A stretch of DNA of 64,000 nucleotides from a bacterium HR28 (lineage in GTDB: Bacteria > Chloroflexota > Chloroflexia > Thermomicrobiales > Thermomicrobiaceae), in assembly GCA_002898255.1 (NCBI GenBank), contig BEIE01000006.1, positions 49,251 through 113,250 on the forward strand, in the 5' to 3' direction. The notes under the pieces were generated by a model. That model was given only the letters and a program-made list of their open reading frames with translations. It searched no databases and had not been told where the DNA came from. The position numbers and the translations under genes were made by a program. Below are positions 18,857-28,420 of this stretch, in pieces (the first letter of the stretch is position 1; every line of letters starts with the position of its first letter).

Positions 18857-20425
18857 TCATTCGAGGGCGATGGACAGCAGCGGAGCAGTTTGATGCCCCC
18901 AAAAGAGCTCAATCTGCAGGTGCGGCCAGCGCTCGGCAATAGCCTGCCGGACGGGCTCGATACGCTTGACGGTCTCCCCGATGACGATGGAGCACAGCTC
19001 GGCGCCCTCGGGATCGAGAGAGGACAGTGCTTGGAGTGCTGCTGCGGAGAGACTGGTCGTACGACCTGCGTCGTGGTCTCCCCCGTCACGACCGGTTGTA
19101 TTCCCCATAATATCGACCGTGCGCAGACGGGCGAGTACGGCCTGAATCTCTGGCAGTGTCTCGTCCAGGTCGCGTTCTGGGTCAAGTAAGGAAAGGGCGA
19201 CGAGCTGCGCCGCAAGTGACCGCACAGGCAATACCGCGAGTCGTGGATGAAGCGTGCGTGCGGCTTGCTGCGCCATCTCCGCGTCGCTGTCACTACCAGG
19301 AAGCACGACGATCTGCTCCACGGGGAGTTCGGCGAGGTGGGTCGTGAGCGAACTCGCTGACAGGGACTTTCGGTTCGTCGCGATGCCGTATGCCCCCAGC
19401 CGATGTGCCAAGGTGACGATCCCAGGAGCGGCTGAGAGGACAACAAGGATCGACTGCCGAGGCTCGGTGAGGGGAACTACCGCAGGCTCGCCACTGAAAC
19501 TGTCGATGATGATTGACCGTATCTGACCAACGCGACGCAGGAGCCCCTGTACCGTGTCCGGCATAGTGGTGTGTAAATGGACACGCAGGAGATCGCCGTC
19601 CCGGATGACCTCAATCGACTCTCCGTAGCGAGCGAGTTCCTGTGCGATCCTTTTGCCCGGAGTGCCATCGCAATACAGGAGCGCGTTCAGGCAATAGCCG
19701 GTTGTCGGCTCATCTCGTCGAGGAACTGGTTCCGATGGGACGGGGAGCGGTCGGAGCTCCGTCTCCTCACCGCAGGCCAATGCCGCCCAGGCGTCGAAGA
19801 TTACCGCGAGACCCTGTGCGCCTGAGTCAACCACACCGCGCTCGCGCAGAACCGTGAGGAGCTCGGGAGTCCGAGCGACCGCTGCGGCGGCGGCCCTCCG
19901 CACGGCCAGGAGCAGGTCCGCGAGTGTGCCCCCTGTCTCAGCGACGCGTACCGCTGTTTCGGCCACGGCACGCAGCACCGTGATCATAGTGCCCTCGACG
20001 GGATGAAGCAGCGCACGACGAGCGAGCGTATCGGCGCGAGTGAGGGCGTCGCTGAAGGCGAAGGCGTCCAGTACTGTACGTTCTCGCGTCGCCTCCGCGA
20101 AGGCGCGGAAAACCTGGCTCAAGATCACACCGGAATTCCCGTGTGCCGCGCGCAGGGCAGCTCGCGCGGCAGCCTCCGTGACTGCTGGCAGCCCTTCACC
20201 TGCCACGTTGCGTGCGGCGCGGAGTGCTGCTCGTGCAGTCAGGAGGAGGTTGGTGCCGGTGTCTCCATCGGCCACTGGAAAGACATTGAGCGCATCGAGG
20301 CTAGCAGCATGCTCGCCGAGGGCTGTAACTGCCGCATCCAGCGCAGCCAGAAAAGCTGCCTCATCCCATACGAGCGCAGGAGCCTGGCTGATCATCGTGG
20401 TTTCAATATGCTCTTGTTCGGACAT
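18857..20425 (-). CDS. fakA: DAK2-domain protein, YloV/FakA-like fatty-acid kinase subunit
   Basis: Dak phosphatase-domain motifs are present (LNVFPVADGDTGTNL, HGNSGVILSQVFRAF). Start is uncertain among 20488, 20425 and 20395. Confidence 0.8.
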   Translation of the reverse strand: MSEQEHIETTMISQAPALVWDEAAFLAALDAAVTALGEHAASLDALNVFPVADGDTGTNLLLTARAALRAARNVAGEGLPAVTEAAARAALRAAHGNSGVILSQVFRAFAEATRERTVLDAFAFSDALTRADTLARRALLHPVEGTMITVLRAVAETAVRVAETGGTLADLLLAVRRAAAAAVARTPELLTVLRERGVVDSGAQGLAVIFDAWAALACGEETELRPLPVPSEPVPRRDEPTTGYCLNALLYCDGTPGKRIAQELARYGESIEVIRDGDLLRVHLHTTMPDTVQGLLRRVGQIRSIIIDSFSGEPAVVPLTEPRQSILVVLSAAPGIVTLAHRLGAYGIATNRKSLSASSLTTHLAELPVEQIVVLPGSDSDAEMAQQAARTLHPRLAVLPVRSLAAQLVALSLLDPERDLDETLPEIQAVLARLRTVDIMGNTTGRDGGDHDAGRTTSLSAAALQALSSLDPEGAELCSIVIGETVKRIEPVRQAIAERWPHLQIELFWGHQTAPLLSIALE

Positions 20426-20541
20426 CGGCCGCTCCTGTTCCTCGAGCGGCTGAGTCAGGGAGAGTTCCTTCACGGCAGTTCCGAGCATTCACCGTGTCTC
20501 CTATACTATACATGTGCGTTCTTCGTAGATGTGGTGCCGAT

Positions 20542-21183
20542 ATGGACACGATTGTCCTGCTGGTCACCGGATTTCTGCTCGGTTCCATTCCGACGGCCCA
20601 GATCGCGGCATATCTCCTCGCAGGAATTGACCTTCGCGAACGTTTTCCGACGATCAGTGGATCGGGGGTGTACTACGCGGTGGCACGATGGGCCATCGTG
20701 CCTGTTGGGCTCGTCGATGTCACGAAGGGTGGACTCGCTGCGTACCTGCCGTACCAGTTTGGAGGAGGAACCGGGATGGCGGTCGCCTGCGGGCTGGCGG
20801 CTGTGATCGGGCACAACTGGTCTCCGTGGCTGGGGTTTCGCGGGGGACGCGGCCTGAGTCCGTTTATGGGGATGCTTCTGGTCGTGTTTCCGGCAGGAGT
20901 GCTTGTCCTCTTGGCAGCGCTTGCGGTTGGACGTCTGGTAGGTCGAACGCCTGTCCTGGCGCTCTTGGGGCTGGCAGTACTTCCTGGAGTCATCATTTTC
21001 AGTGGCGGGTCAGATGCTGCTCTACGCGGCAGCATTGGCATGCTCCTGATCACAGTCCTGAAGCGGCTGGAGGCGAACCGCCGCAGGCTGCCACGAGATC
21101 CAGCGCTCCGCCGCGAGGTGCTTTGGCGGCGCTTCTGGTACGACCGGGACGAGGAACAGTGGCCGCCGGAGGTGGAGGAGTAG
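20542..21183 (+). CDS. plsY: glycerol-3-phosphate acyltransferase PlsY
   Basis: GSIPTAQI..., DVTKGGLAAYL, and GHNWSPWLGFRGGRGLSPFMG motifs on a small polytopic membrane protein. Confidence 0.85.
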   Translation: MDTIVLLVTGFLLGSIPTAQIAAYLLAGIDLRERFPTISGSGVYYAVARWAIVPVGLVDVTKGGLAAYLPYQFGGGTGMAVACGLAAVIGHNWSPWLGFRGGRGLSPFMGMLLVVFPAGVLVLLAALAVGRLVGRTPVLALLGLAVLPGVIIFSGGSDAALRGSIGMLLITVLKRLEANRRRLPRDPALRREVLWRRFWYDRDEEQWPPEVEE

Positions 21184-21189
21184 TGCCGG

Positions 21190-22032
21190 ATGCTCAGCAT
21201 CGTCACCGATAGCGTCGCCTGCTTGCCCGCAGAGCTGGTCGAGCGGTACGGGATCCGAGTCGTTCCAGTACGCATCGTGCGAGGTGAGCGGGTCTACCGG
21301 GATGGGGTCGATGTTTCGGTTGAGGAAGCGTTCGAATGGCTTGCCGCGGGGGAGATTGTCACGACGTCGCAACCGGCGGTCGGTGAGTTCGTGGAGGTCT
21401 ACGAGACACTGAGTCGAACCGTGGAGGGAATTGTCTCGATTCATGTCTCGTCGGGGGTCACCGGCGTGTACCAGGCTGCTGTTGCTGCGGCGGGCATGGT
21501 GACTCGCGTGCCGATCACTGTGATCGACAGTGGTGCAGCGACGATGGCGGAGGGTTTCCTGGTTCTCGAGGCGGCGCGCTGTGCCGAGCGTGGTGCCGAT
21601 CTGCGTTCAGTTGTGCAGCGGGTTGAAGAGCTCCGCCCACGGCTGCGCTTCTTCGCCGTGCTGGAGACGGTGAGTTTTCTAGTGCGTAGCGGACGTGCGC
21701 CCTGGCTTGCCAAGCTCGCAGTCGATCTCTTACAGGTCAAGCCGATCCTCACCCTGCAGGGCGGTAAGATCGTGTCGCTCGAGCGAGTCCGCACTCGGAA
21801 GCGAGCCATTGACGCCATGCTGCGTCGCATGGAGCGCGACGTTGGTGACCGTCCGCTGCACGTCGCGGTGCTGCACGCCGGTACGCCTTCGGAGGCTGAG
21901 GCGTTGGCGCACGAGATCACGCAGCGTTTCCGAACGGTTGAGCAGTATGTGACCTCATTCAGTCCGGCTATGGCCCTGTACACCGGTCCGGGGTTGCTTG
22001 GCCTTGCCTACTATGCGGACGACGCGCCATGA
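21190..22032 (+). CDS. DegV-family fatty-acid-binding protein (FakB-like)
   Basis: MLSIVTDSVACLPAELVERYGIRVVPVRI...TTSQPAVGEF...IVSIHVSSGVTGVYQAA..., which is the typical DegV fold signature. Confidence 0.88.
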   Translation: MLSIVTDSVACLPAELVERYGIRVVPVRIVRGERVYRDGVDVSVEEAFEWLAAGEIVTTSQPAVGEFVEVYETLSRTVEGIVSIHVSSGVTGVYQAAVAAAGMVTRVPITVIDSGAATMAEGFLVLEAARCAERGADLRSVVQRVEELRPRLRFFAVLETVSFLVRSGRAPWLAKLAVDLLQVKPILTLQGGKIVSLERVRTRKRAIDAMLRRMERDVGDRPLHVAVLHAGTPSEAEALAHEITQRFRTVEQYVTSFSPAMALYTGPGLLGLAYYADDAP

Positions 22033-22249
22033 GCGACGCCCGCACCCGCGGCGATGAGGTCATGCTGGACGGACGCAGGTGACCAAGACAATGCCGGAGA
22101 GCGCATGTTGCCACGGAAGTGTTCCGTGGCAACATGCCGCAGAGTGGAGCAGATAAACAGAAAGTTGCCCCTCTTTGGGTTGCCCGGAGAGCCGCGAAGG
22201 CGAAGCACGAGACGGTCCTGCGCATCGGGGTGAAACGGCGTCGGTCACC

Positions 22250-22714
22250 TCATGGCGGCCATGGCGTGTCCGTGCCCGGACCGTAGCTGCTGTAGGTCTG
22301 GTCGATATAGGCGCGGATCTCCTGAAGTGGTCGCCCTTCAGCTGTGAGCCGCATCACGTCACGCGTGATGTCGATGCAGATCGCTCAGCCAAAGGTCATG
22401 CGGCCCAGCACGACCGAGCCGTCAGGACGGAACTCCTCAATTGAACAGTCCAGGACCGAGCGGTGTCCCTGCTCACCACAGCCGCAGTAGCAAGGGAAAT
22501 ACTGGAGGATTTCGGGGTGTGCAGCGGCGTAGCGGTATGCCTCTTGCGCTTCCGGAGAGGCTTGATAGAAGATCGGTGGCCAGCGATCCTGCGAAGGCCA
22601 AGCGACGAGTTCCGAATCACTAGAGGAAGATCCTCGTCCGCACGCAGCGAGGACGGGCAGCGTGGCGAGGCCGATCAGGAAGCGGCGTCGGGTTATGGTC
22701 CGGCGGTTCGTCAT
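22250..22714 (-). CDS. PCYCGC-motif lipoprotein, candidate selenoprotein (in-frame TGA at 22385-22387)
   Basis: Tat/lipobox signal (MTNRRTITRRRFLIGLATLPVLAAC) and the PCYCGCGEQGHRS motif. The track ORF stops at ...GRMTFG-TGA. The same frame continues for 44 codons as AICIDITRDVMRLTAEGRPLQEIRAYIDQTYSSYGPGTDTPWPP-TGA. In homologues as I recall them (...HG.xC.xCL.IA...G.S..EIR..ID..Y) a CxxC sits exactly here, so the TGA aligns with the first Cys. Confidence 0.65.
22352..22370 (-). promoter_or_regulatory. SECIS-like hairpin downstream of the in-frame UGA
   Basis: mRNA sense CAUCACG-CGUGA-CGUGAUG: a 7-bp perfect stem with a 5-nt loop, starting 14 nt after the UGA. Confidence 0.5.
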
Positions 22715-23137
22715 GCGGTGGCCTCCTGCGTAGAACCGACGCAGCAGTCAACTGCGTGCATTGTGCCATCAGGAGCTTGACGAGTGGTATCGGAGTTTTC
22801 CTGACGGGCTGCGTGTTCTCTCTTGTGTGCACGGCGGCGTGCTTGCTGCTGATTCACAATGCGGTACGGAGACACGGTCCAGGGAACCCTGACGAGCGGA
22901 GAGCCATTTCTGATGGAGATGACTGGTTTCGGTTGTAGTGGGTGGTGGACCGAAGGAGGGATAACTCGAACAACTCCAGTGAGAAATGCTGTGGAGCGGT
23001 GTGGAACATTGCGAGCTTCTCGGTGCCTTCCGGGGAGCAGTATGGTGAGCTCACCAGTGTGGCACCGTCGTGTTTTACCACCGTACGAGGTAGGAGATCC
23101 GACTCTTCCAATGGCGGCCACGGCGCACGAGTGCGTG

Positions 23138-23815
23138 TCAGCGGGCCAGATGGCGCCGGAGAAAGGCGAGTGTACGACGCCAGGCATCGATCGCTGCGTC
23201 AGGCCGATAGCTGGCACGCGTGTCATTGAAGAAGGCGTGTGGTGCGCCTGGATAGATATGGAGTTCAAACTCCTTGCCCGCGGCCTCAAGGGCGCGACGG
23301 AGCCGTTCCACCTCACTCGGCGGAATACCCTGATCTGCCTCGCCGTAGAGACCGAGCAGCGGGCAATGCAGTGATCGCACCCGTTCGATCGGATTCGGGT
23401 TACGCCCGTAGAAGACGACGGCAGCTCCGAAGAGATCACTCGCGCAGGCGGCGAGCAAGGAGAGTGCGCCACCCATGCAGAAGCCGACTACGCCGACTGT
23501 GGGGCCGCGGACATCGTCGCGGGCAAGGAGGAACCGGGCTGCCGCAACGATTTCTGCGACTGCGTGGTCGTACTCGAGTTCCATTGCCAGCTTACGCGCC
23601 TCGTCGGGCTCCGTCGCGATCTTGCCATGGTAGAGGTCGGGTGCGAGGGCGACGAAGCCCTCGGCAGCGAACCGGTCAGTGACGTCTTTGATATGGGGCT
23701 CCAGCCCCCACCACTCCTGAATAACGATGACACCTGGCGCGGGAGTTTGTGCCGGAAGCGCAAGGTAGCCGGGCGTCTCGATGCTGTCGCTCGGGAATAC
23801 AATCATCCTGCCCAT
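23138..23815 (-). CDS. dienelactone hydrolase family protein
   Basis: MGRMIVFPSDS...GVIVIQEWWGL...DLYHG... with the nucleophile motif GFCMGG. RBS AGGAGG lies before ATG 23813-23815. Confidence 0.88.
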   Translation of the reverse strand: MGRMIVFPSDSIETPGYLALPAQTPAPGVIVIQEWWGLEPHIKDVTDRFAAEGFVALAPDLYHGKIATEPDEARKLAMELEYDHAVAEIVAAARFLLARDDVRGPTVGVVGFCMGGALSLLAACASDLFGAAVVFYGRNPNPIERVRSLHCPLLGLYGEADQGIPPSEVERLRRALEAAGKEFELHIYPGAPHAFFNDTRASYRPDAAIDAWRRTLAFLRRHLAR

Positions 23816-24386
23816 TGGTCTCCTCCTTTCCCACATTCACCAACTCAACCTCCGCCACGTCAGTGTTCGGGAGATCTCCGGGGGTGACGAACAGTGCAGA
23901 GCGAGTGTAGCGCGCAACTCCCTTGCAGCGGGTAGGATGGGGGGATATAAGTACCTGCCCGATTGCACTAAAGAGACCAGTTGGTGAAGGGACTGCTTTG
24001 CGACCGGAGGCTGGCGTGAGCAATCAGCGATACGTCGAGGAGGGTGTTTTCATCGTACCTGTAAACAAGAGGAAAACGCCGTGGAGTAGTTCATTGGCCG
24101 GCCAAAAAGAAACCCGTCAGATTAGGTTCTTCCGAGGTGGGTGAAATTGCTCCGTTCGGAAGCATATGGCCTTGCCAAGGCATGGGACAGGGCCGAACGG
24201 GTGCTCATGAAGACACTCTTCCCGACTGATGAACCAATGGAGACACAAAGCTTTGACTCAAGTGCGTTGCCGTGCTGGTTCTGAAGGCTTATGCTGCGAT
24301 TGCGGAAGAGTCTCGTAAAGGTGAGGTGAAGATCGTCTACTGAGTAGCTGGAGCGCTCGAGGGGACGAGGGCTTGGAGGGGTGGCC

Positions 24387-25541
24387 ATGAAACGAGTTGT
24401 CATCCTCGGTGGAGGATCAGGTGGGGCAGTTGCGGCTAGTCGGCTTGGCAAATGGGCGCGACCGGGCGAGTTTGAGGTTGTGCTGATCGATCGGAGCGAG
24501 TGGCACGACTTTCGCCCGAGTTATCTTTGGGTGGCAGTAGGGAAGCGGGAGCCAGAAGAAATTCGGCGTCCACTGGCGCTCCTGGAGCAGCGCTACGGGA
24601 CGCGCGTGTTCCGGGCGACCGTGACGGGCATTCGGCCGGAAGCGCAGACGGTTGAGACTGACCAAGGGAACGTTGAGTACGATTACCTGATTGTCGCTTT
24701 GGGGGCGGAGTTAGTGGACACACCGGACGTGGCCGGCTGCGAGGCGCCATGGGAGCTTGCGCCAGCGTTGGAGTTGCGTGAACGGCTCCGTACTTTCGCA
24801 GGTGGGCGAGTGGTTGTGGGTCCGCTTTCTTGGCCATATCGTTGTCCGCCAGCGCCATTCGAAGTCGCGTTTATGTTGAAGTACCTTGCAGAACAGCGGG
24901 GAGTTGCGGAGCGCACACAGATCACAGTGTTCCATCCCTGGAAGGAGCCGATGGAGACATTTGGCCCCCAGATGGTGGAGGGGTTTCGCCGATTCCTCGA
25001 CGACTTTGGGGTGCACTTCGAAGGCGGATTTGTCTGCGTGCGGCATGATCCTGACCGAAAGGTGATTGTTGCGGCTGACGGGAGAGAATTGGAGTATGAC
25101 TTCGCGATCATCGTGCCGCACCATCGGGTGCCCGAGGCGGTAAGGAACTCACCGCTGGCTACAGCGGACGGCTACATGGACGTTGTGCTTCCCTCGATGC
25201 GTTCACCTCGCTACGAAACGGTGTGGGGAATCGGTGATGTGGTGGCGCCAACGATCGGGCTTGGTATGGCCGGTGTCTTTGCGCATTTCCAGGCGGAGCA
25301 CGTGGTGAGTCAGATCATTGATCGGGAGCGCGGTGCGTACCTTGGGGAGTTATACAACATGGTTGGCATCTGCGTAATGGACACAGGGTATATGGGTGCG
25401 GCGGTGTGGTGCAACTTCACCGATAAGCTGTTTGGCCGTGCAGCAGTTCCGGATTGCCGATTACTCGGTGGGATGCGGGCTTTTCGGGCGGTCAAAGTTG
25501 GCTTTGAGCGGTACTGGTTCGCGAACCTCTTTGGTCGATAG
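24387..25541 (+). CDS. FAD-dependent pyridine-nucleotide-disulfide oxidoreductase, sulfide:quinone-oxidoreductase-like
   Basis: Rossmann motif KRVVILGGGSGG, SQR/NDH-2-like length and layout, followed by a DUF1641 gene, which is a common pairing. Confidence 0.75.
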   Translation: MKRVVILGGGSGGAVAASRLGKWARPGEFEVVLIDRSEWHDFRPSYLWVAVGKREPEEIRRPLALLEQRYGTRVFRATVTGIRPEAQTVETDQGNVEYDYLIVALGAELVDTPDVAGCEAPWELAPALELRERLRTFAGGRVVVGPLSWPYRCPPAPFEVAFMLKYLAEQRGVAERTQITVFHPWKEPMETFGPQMVEGFRRFLDDFGVHFEGGFVCVRHDPDRKVIVAADGRELEYDFAIIVPHHRVPEAVRNSPLATADGYMDVVLPSMRSPRYETVWGIGDVVAPTIGLGMAGVFAHFQAEHVVSQIIDRERGAYLGELYNMVGICVMDTGYMGAAVWCNFTDKLFGRAAVPDCRLLGGMRAFRAVKVGFERYWFANLFGR

Positions 25542-25549
25542 GGGGCATC

Positions 25550-26047
25550 ATGAGTGGGCAAGAGATGGCGATGAGTATGCATTTAACTCCGGAGCAGCAG
25601 GAACGGCTGGAGCATCTTCTGGAGCGTGTTGTCGAGCGGGCCGATGCGATCGAGCAACTCCTTGAGACCATCGACCTTTTGGCGGGAAGTGGCCTCCTTG
25701 CGGGTATTCGTGCAGTACTGGAGGAGTTCGATGAGACCTTCAGCGCGATAAATCGCCCGGAGCTGATGGGGATGGTCGCGAACGCCATGATGTTGCTTGG
25801 TCTCCTGAGTCAGCTTCGCTACGAGCCTTTCTTTGACCTCGCGATGCGAGCGCCCGCAGTGATGAACGAGGCATACCCAGCGTTCAAGCAGCGTACGCAG
25901 CGCTTAGGCCTTCGTGAGGCGCTGGAACTCATTCGCAGTCCGGAGATCGCGGCGGCGTTGGAGCTCCTTGTCGCGGTGCTGCGGGCCCAGCGCGGGCGGA
26001 CGACCGAGACTGTAGCACCGCTGCCACGGACGCCGGGACGGTCATAG
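25550..26047 (+). CDS. DUF1641 domain protein
   Basis: Helical protein (LLETIDLLAGSGLLAGIRAVLEEFDETFSAI...MMLLGLLSQL) of the type usually found next to SQR-like flavoproteins. Confidence 0.7.
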   Translation: MSGQEMAMSMHLTPEQQERLEHLLERVVERADAIEQLLETIDLLAGSGLLAGIRAVLEEFDETFSAINRPELMGMVANAMMLLGLLSQLRYEPFFDLAMRAPAVMNEAYPAFKQRTQRLGLREALELIRSPEIAAALELLVAVLRAQRGRTTETVAPLPRTPGRS

Positions 26048-26933
26048 GAGAGGAGCGCGTGGCGAGGTCGTGAGGAGGCAGGCACGTCGCGCACTGAAGG
26101 GTCGCGACAGGATATGCGTGGATCGCAGCGGGTCTGAGTATCAGGAGAGGCCGGGTCAGGACCAAGACACGCTGCCTATCCGTAACCCTTGGAGTGGGTG
26201 GGCGTGCATCGCCGGCACGTGCGTCATCTGGCTGAACCGCGAAGATTACGGCCAGTTTCTGGACCAGCGACAGCCTATCCTCTTGCAGGCCATCAGCACA
26301 GCGCAGACCGAGAGGCTAGGCCTGTGCATCAGGTCGGTGTTCTGCTGCAGCAGCACGCTCTTGGTACCGTAGGCGACGTGGGCGTGCGCGTCACAGTCCC
26401 TCCTTGCGGTAGCCTGGATCAGCCAGCTGGACGATCCGGTTGGCCGGCGTGGATCAGCTTGGAGTCTCAGGTCTTGTCAATGCATCCGGCTGGCTTGTTT
26501 CCTCGACTCAGACGATGGGCATAAACCAAGTGCATGAACAGCTTGTTGCTTTGGGGACTGGTGCCGCGAAGTCGCTGACGCACAGGACGTTACTGGAGCT
26601 GATTCACGCAAAGCGCCTCCGACCCGCGAGACACCTCGAGCACACACCTCACGATCGCAGTGTTCCCGCAGGCCATACAGCCGCCCTGGTCAAACGTGCA
26701 TAACCTAATAGATGCTAAAATCGCTCACGTCTGAAGCCTGTCAAACTGCAGTGAAGCACATGAGAGCAGGGCGAATCAATACGTCGTTTCGGCTAACCTC
26801 TCTCGGATCAGGTCGACGGTTGTCTTTCGCCGGATATCGCTCACCTCCACTGGCCGGAAGTGCGAATTTTCCGGTGAAGGGCGTGAACCTTACGAGCGAT
26901 CGCAAAGCTTCTCTTTGTTGCCGACTCATAGAG

Positions 26934-27488
26934 TCACTCAATGCCGTCCGTCGCCGTGGACAAGGTGGCTCGGGAAGATACGTGCTCGCGCTCGAGCAGT
27001 TCCTCGACGAGTCGACGGACGCGCTCGACGGCCAGATCGACCGCCTGCGCGACGCGTTCAGTGAGGCCAATGCTTGCCTCGTCTACCTCGGCTGGTTCGC
27101 AGCCGAGCAGTCTGACAAATGGTGGTAGGACCCCGAGCGCCCGTGCCAGGACGAAGATTTTCCACGGCTCGGCGTAGTGGGTGTCGGCCAGAAAGGCCCG
27201 CCGCTCAGCGTCGGTCCACTCGTCCAGATTGTCGATCTCTGGCTCGAGGAGATAGAGGGTGCCCGGCTCTCCGCCACGTCGAACGGCATCGATCACAATC
27301 AGTGCCTCGTAGCCATCCAGCAGCTCCTGCACTACGGCGATACCACCAGTGCCAGCATCCATCAGCGTGACACCGCGGGGAGGCACTTGCCACTCAGCCA
27401 TAAGCCGCTGAACGACTGCTACTCCAAAACCGTCATCTTGCCGGATGACTGAACCCATCCCAGCGATAAGCACCCGTTTCGAGCTCAT
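26934..27488 (-). CDS. [NiFe]-hydrogenase maturation endopeptidase (HyaD/HupD family)
   Basis: KRVLIAGMGSVIRQDDGFGVAVVQRL...LMDAGTGG...LIVIDAV: canonical layout with conserved Asp and His metal ligands. Confidence 0.85.
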   Translation of the reverse strand: MSSKRVLIAGMGSVIRQDDGFGVAVVQRLMAEWQVPPRGVTLMDAGTGGIAVVQELLDGYEALIVIDAVRRGGEPGTLYLLEPEIDNLDEWTDAERRAFLADTHYAEPWKIFVLARALGVLPPFVRLLGCEPAEVDEASIGLTERVAQAVDLAVERVRRLVEELLEREHVSSRATLSTATDGIE

Positions 27489-28390
27489 GTGTGCACCACC
27501 CGCCGCGGACGGCCGATGATGATCTGCCCATCTTGCACTGCTACTGGCACGACCTCGAGTGATCGGCCGGCGCGATCAAGTCGCCGACCACTGTGCAGGT
27601 CGAACCGGCACCCGTGCCATGGGCAAGTGATAATGCCTTCCTCCCAAGAGATGTCATGTCCCATGCTCAGCGGTAACGGGGTTCCTGGGCAAGCGTTACG
27701 GTAGGCGTAGATGTCGTCACCGCGTCGGACTAGTAACACGGAAAGGCCGCGGGTGTCGATCCGCAGTATCCCAACCTCCGGCACTGTCTCCAGCGAGGCT
27801 ACTGTCTCCCATTCCAGACCCGGTCGCCCCGCGTCCTGGACAGGTACCGACACGCGTCGACGTCCCGGTGGTGCTGGGCGTGGGGCAGGAGAAACCAACT
27901 CGACCTCGAGCCGCTCAAATTCAGGCATGCCCTCGCGGAGCGCCGTCTCCACCACCTGCCGAAGCGTCTGGCCCACGGCAGGGCAACCCGAACAGGCTCC
28001 GCCGAGTTGGATGCGAACCACACCATTCTGCACGCTGAGTACCCGCAGCTCTCCCCCGTGCGAGGCGATGTACGGCTGCACCTCTGCTAAGATCCTGTTG
28101 ACCCTGGCGCGCTGCCCTGCCTCATCGAGTTCGTAGAGCTCCAACAGTAGGCTGACAGCGGGGTCAGCCAGCGTTTCCTGGAAGGCCTGCGGGGCTGCCC
28201 GGTGGAAATGCTGTACTAGCCGTCCGATGCCCACACGGTGGAGCAAGTCAATCAGTTGGAGAAGCCGTAGCGCCTGATCACGCAGTACCGGATCGGGCGC
28301 CGATTCCAAGCTCTGGACGAGCGCGTCGATCTCGGTGAGCGCCTGTTGGAGTCGCCTCGCGATTGTCTCGTCTCGTGGCGCAGTGGCCAT
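27485..28390 (-). CDS. NifU-C-terminal-like / Rieske-like fusion protein (HhyE-like hydrogenase-associated FeS protein)
   Basis: Central NifU-like segment (VQPYIASHGGELRVLSVQNGVVRIQLGGACSGCPAVGQTL) and a C-terminal Rieske-like segment (CPGTPLPL...CPWHGCRFD). This fusion is known next to group 1h/5 hydrogenases. Confidence 0.75.
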   Translation of the reverse strand: MATAPRDETIARRLQQALTEIDALVQSLESAPDPVLRDQALRLLQLIDLLHRVGIGRLVQHFHRAAPQAFQETLADPAVSLLLELYELDEAGQRARVNRILAEVQPYIASHGGELRVLSVQNGVVRIQLGGACSGCPAVGQTLRQVVETALREGMPEFERLEVELVSPAPRPAPPGRRRVSVPVQDAGRPGLEWETVASLETVPEVGILRIDTRGLSVLLVRRGDDIYAYRNACPGTPLPLSMGHDISWEEGIITCPWHGCRFDLHSGRRLDRAGRSLEVVPVAVQDGQIIIGRPRRVVHT

Positions 28391-28420
28391 CGCTCGTAAC
28401 TTTCCGCTCAGACGCCTAGA

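Noticed and set aside
26440-26703. 87-aa plus-strand ORF and neighbouring fragments, considered as a possible transposase or IS remnant.
   Set aside because: I could identify no DDE or HTH motifs, no terminal inverted repeats and no target duplications. It is reported only as an ORF-poor region.
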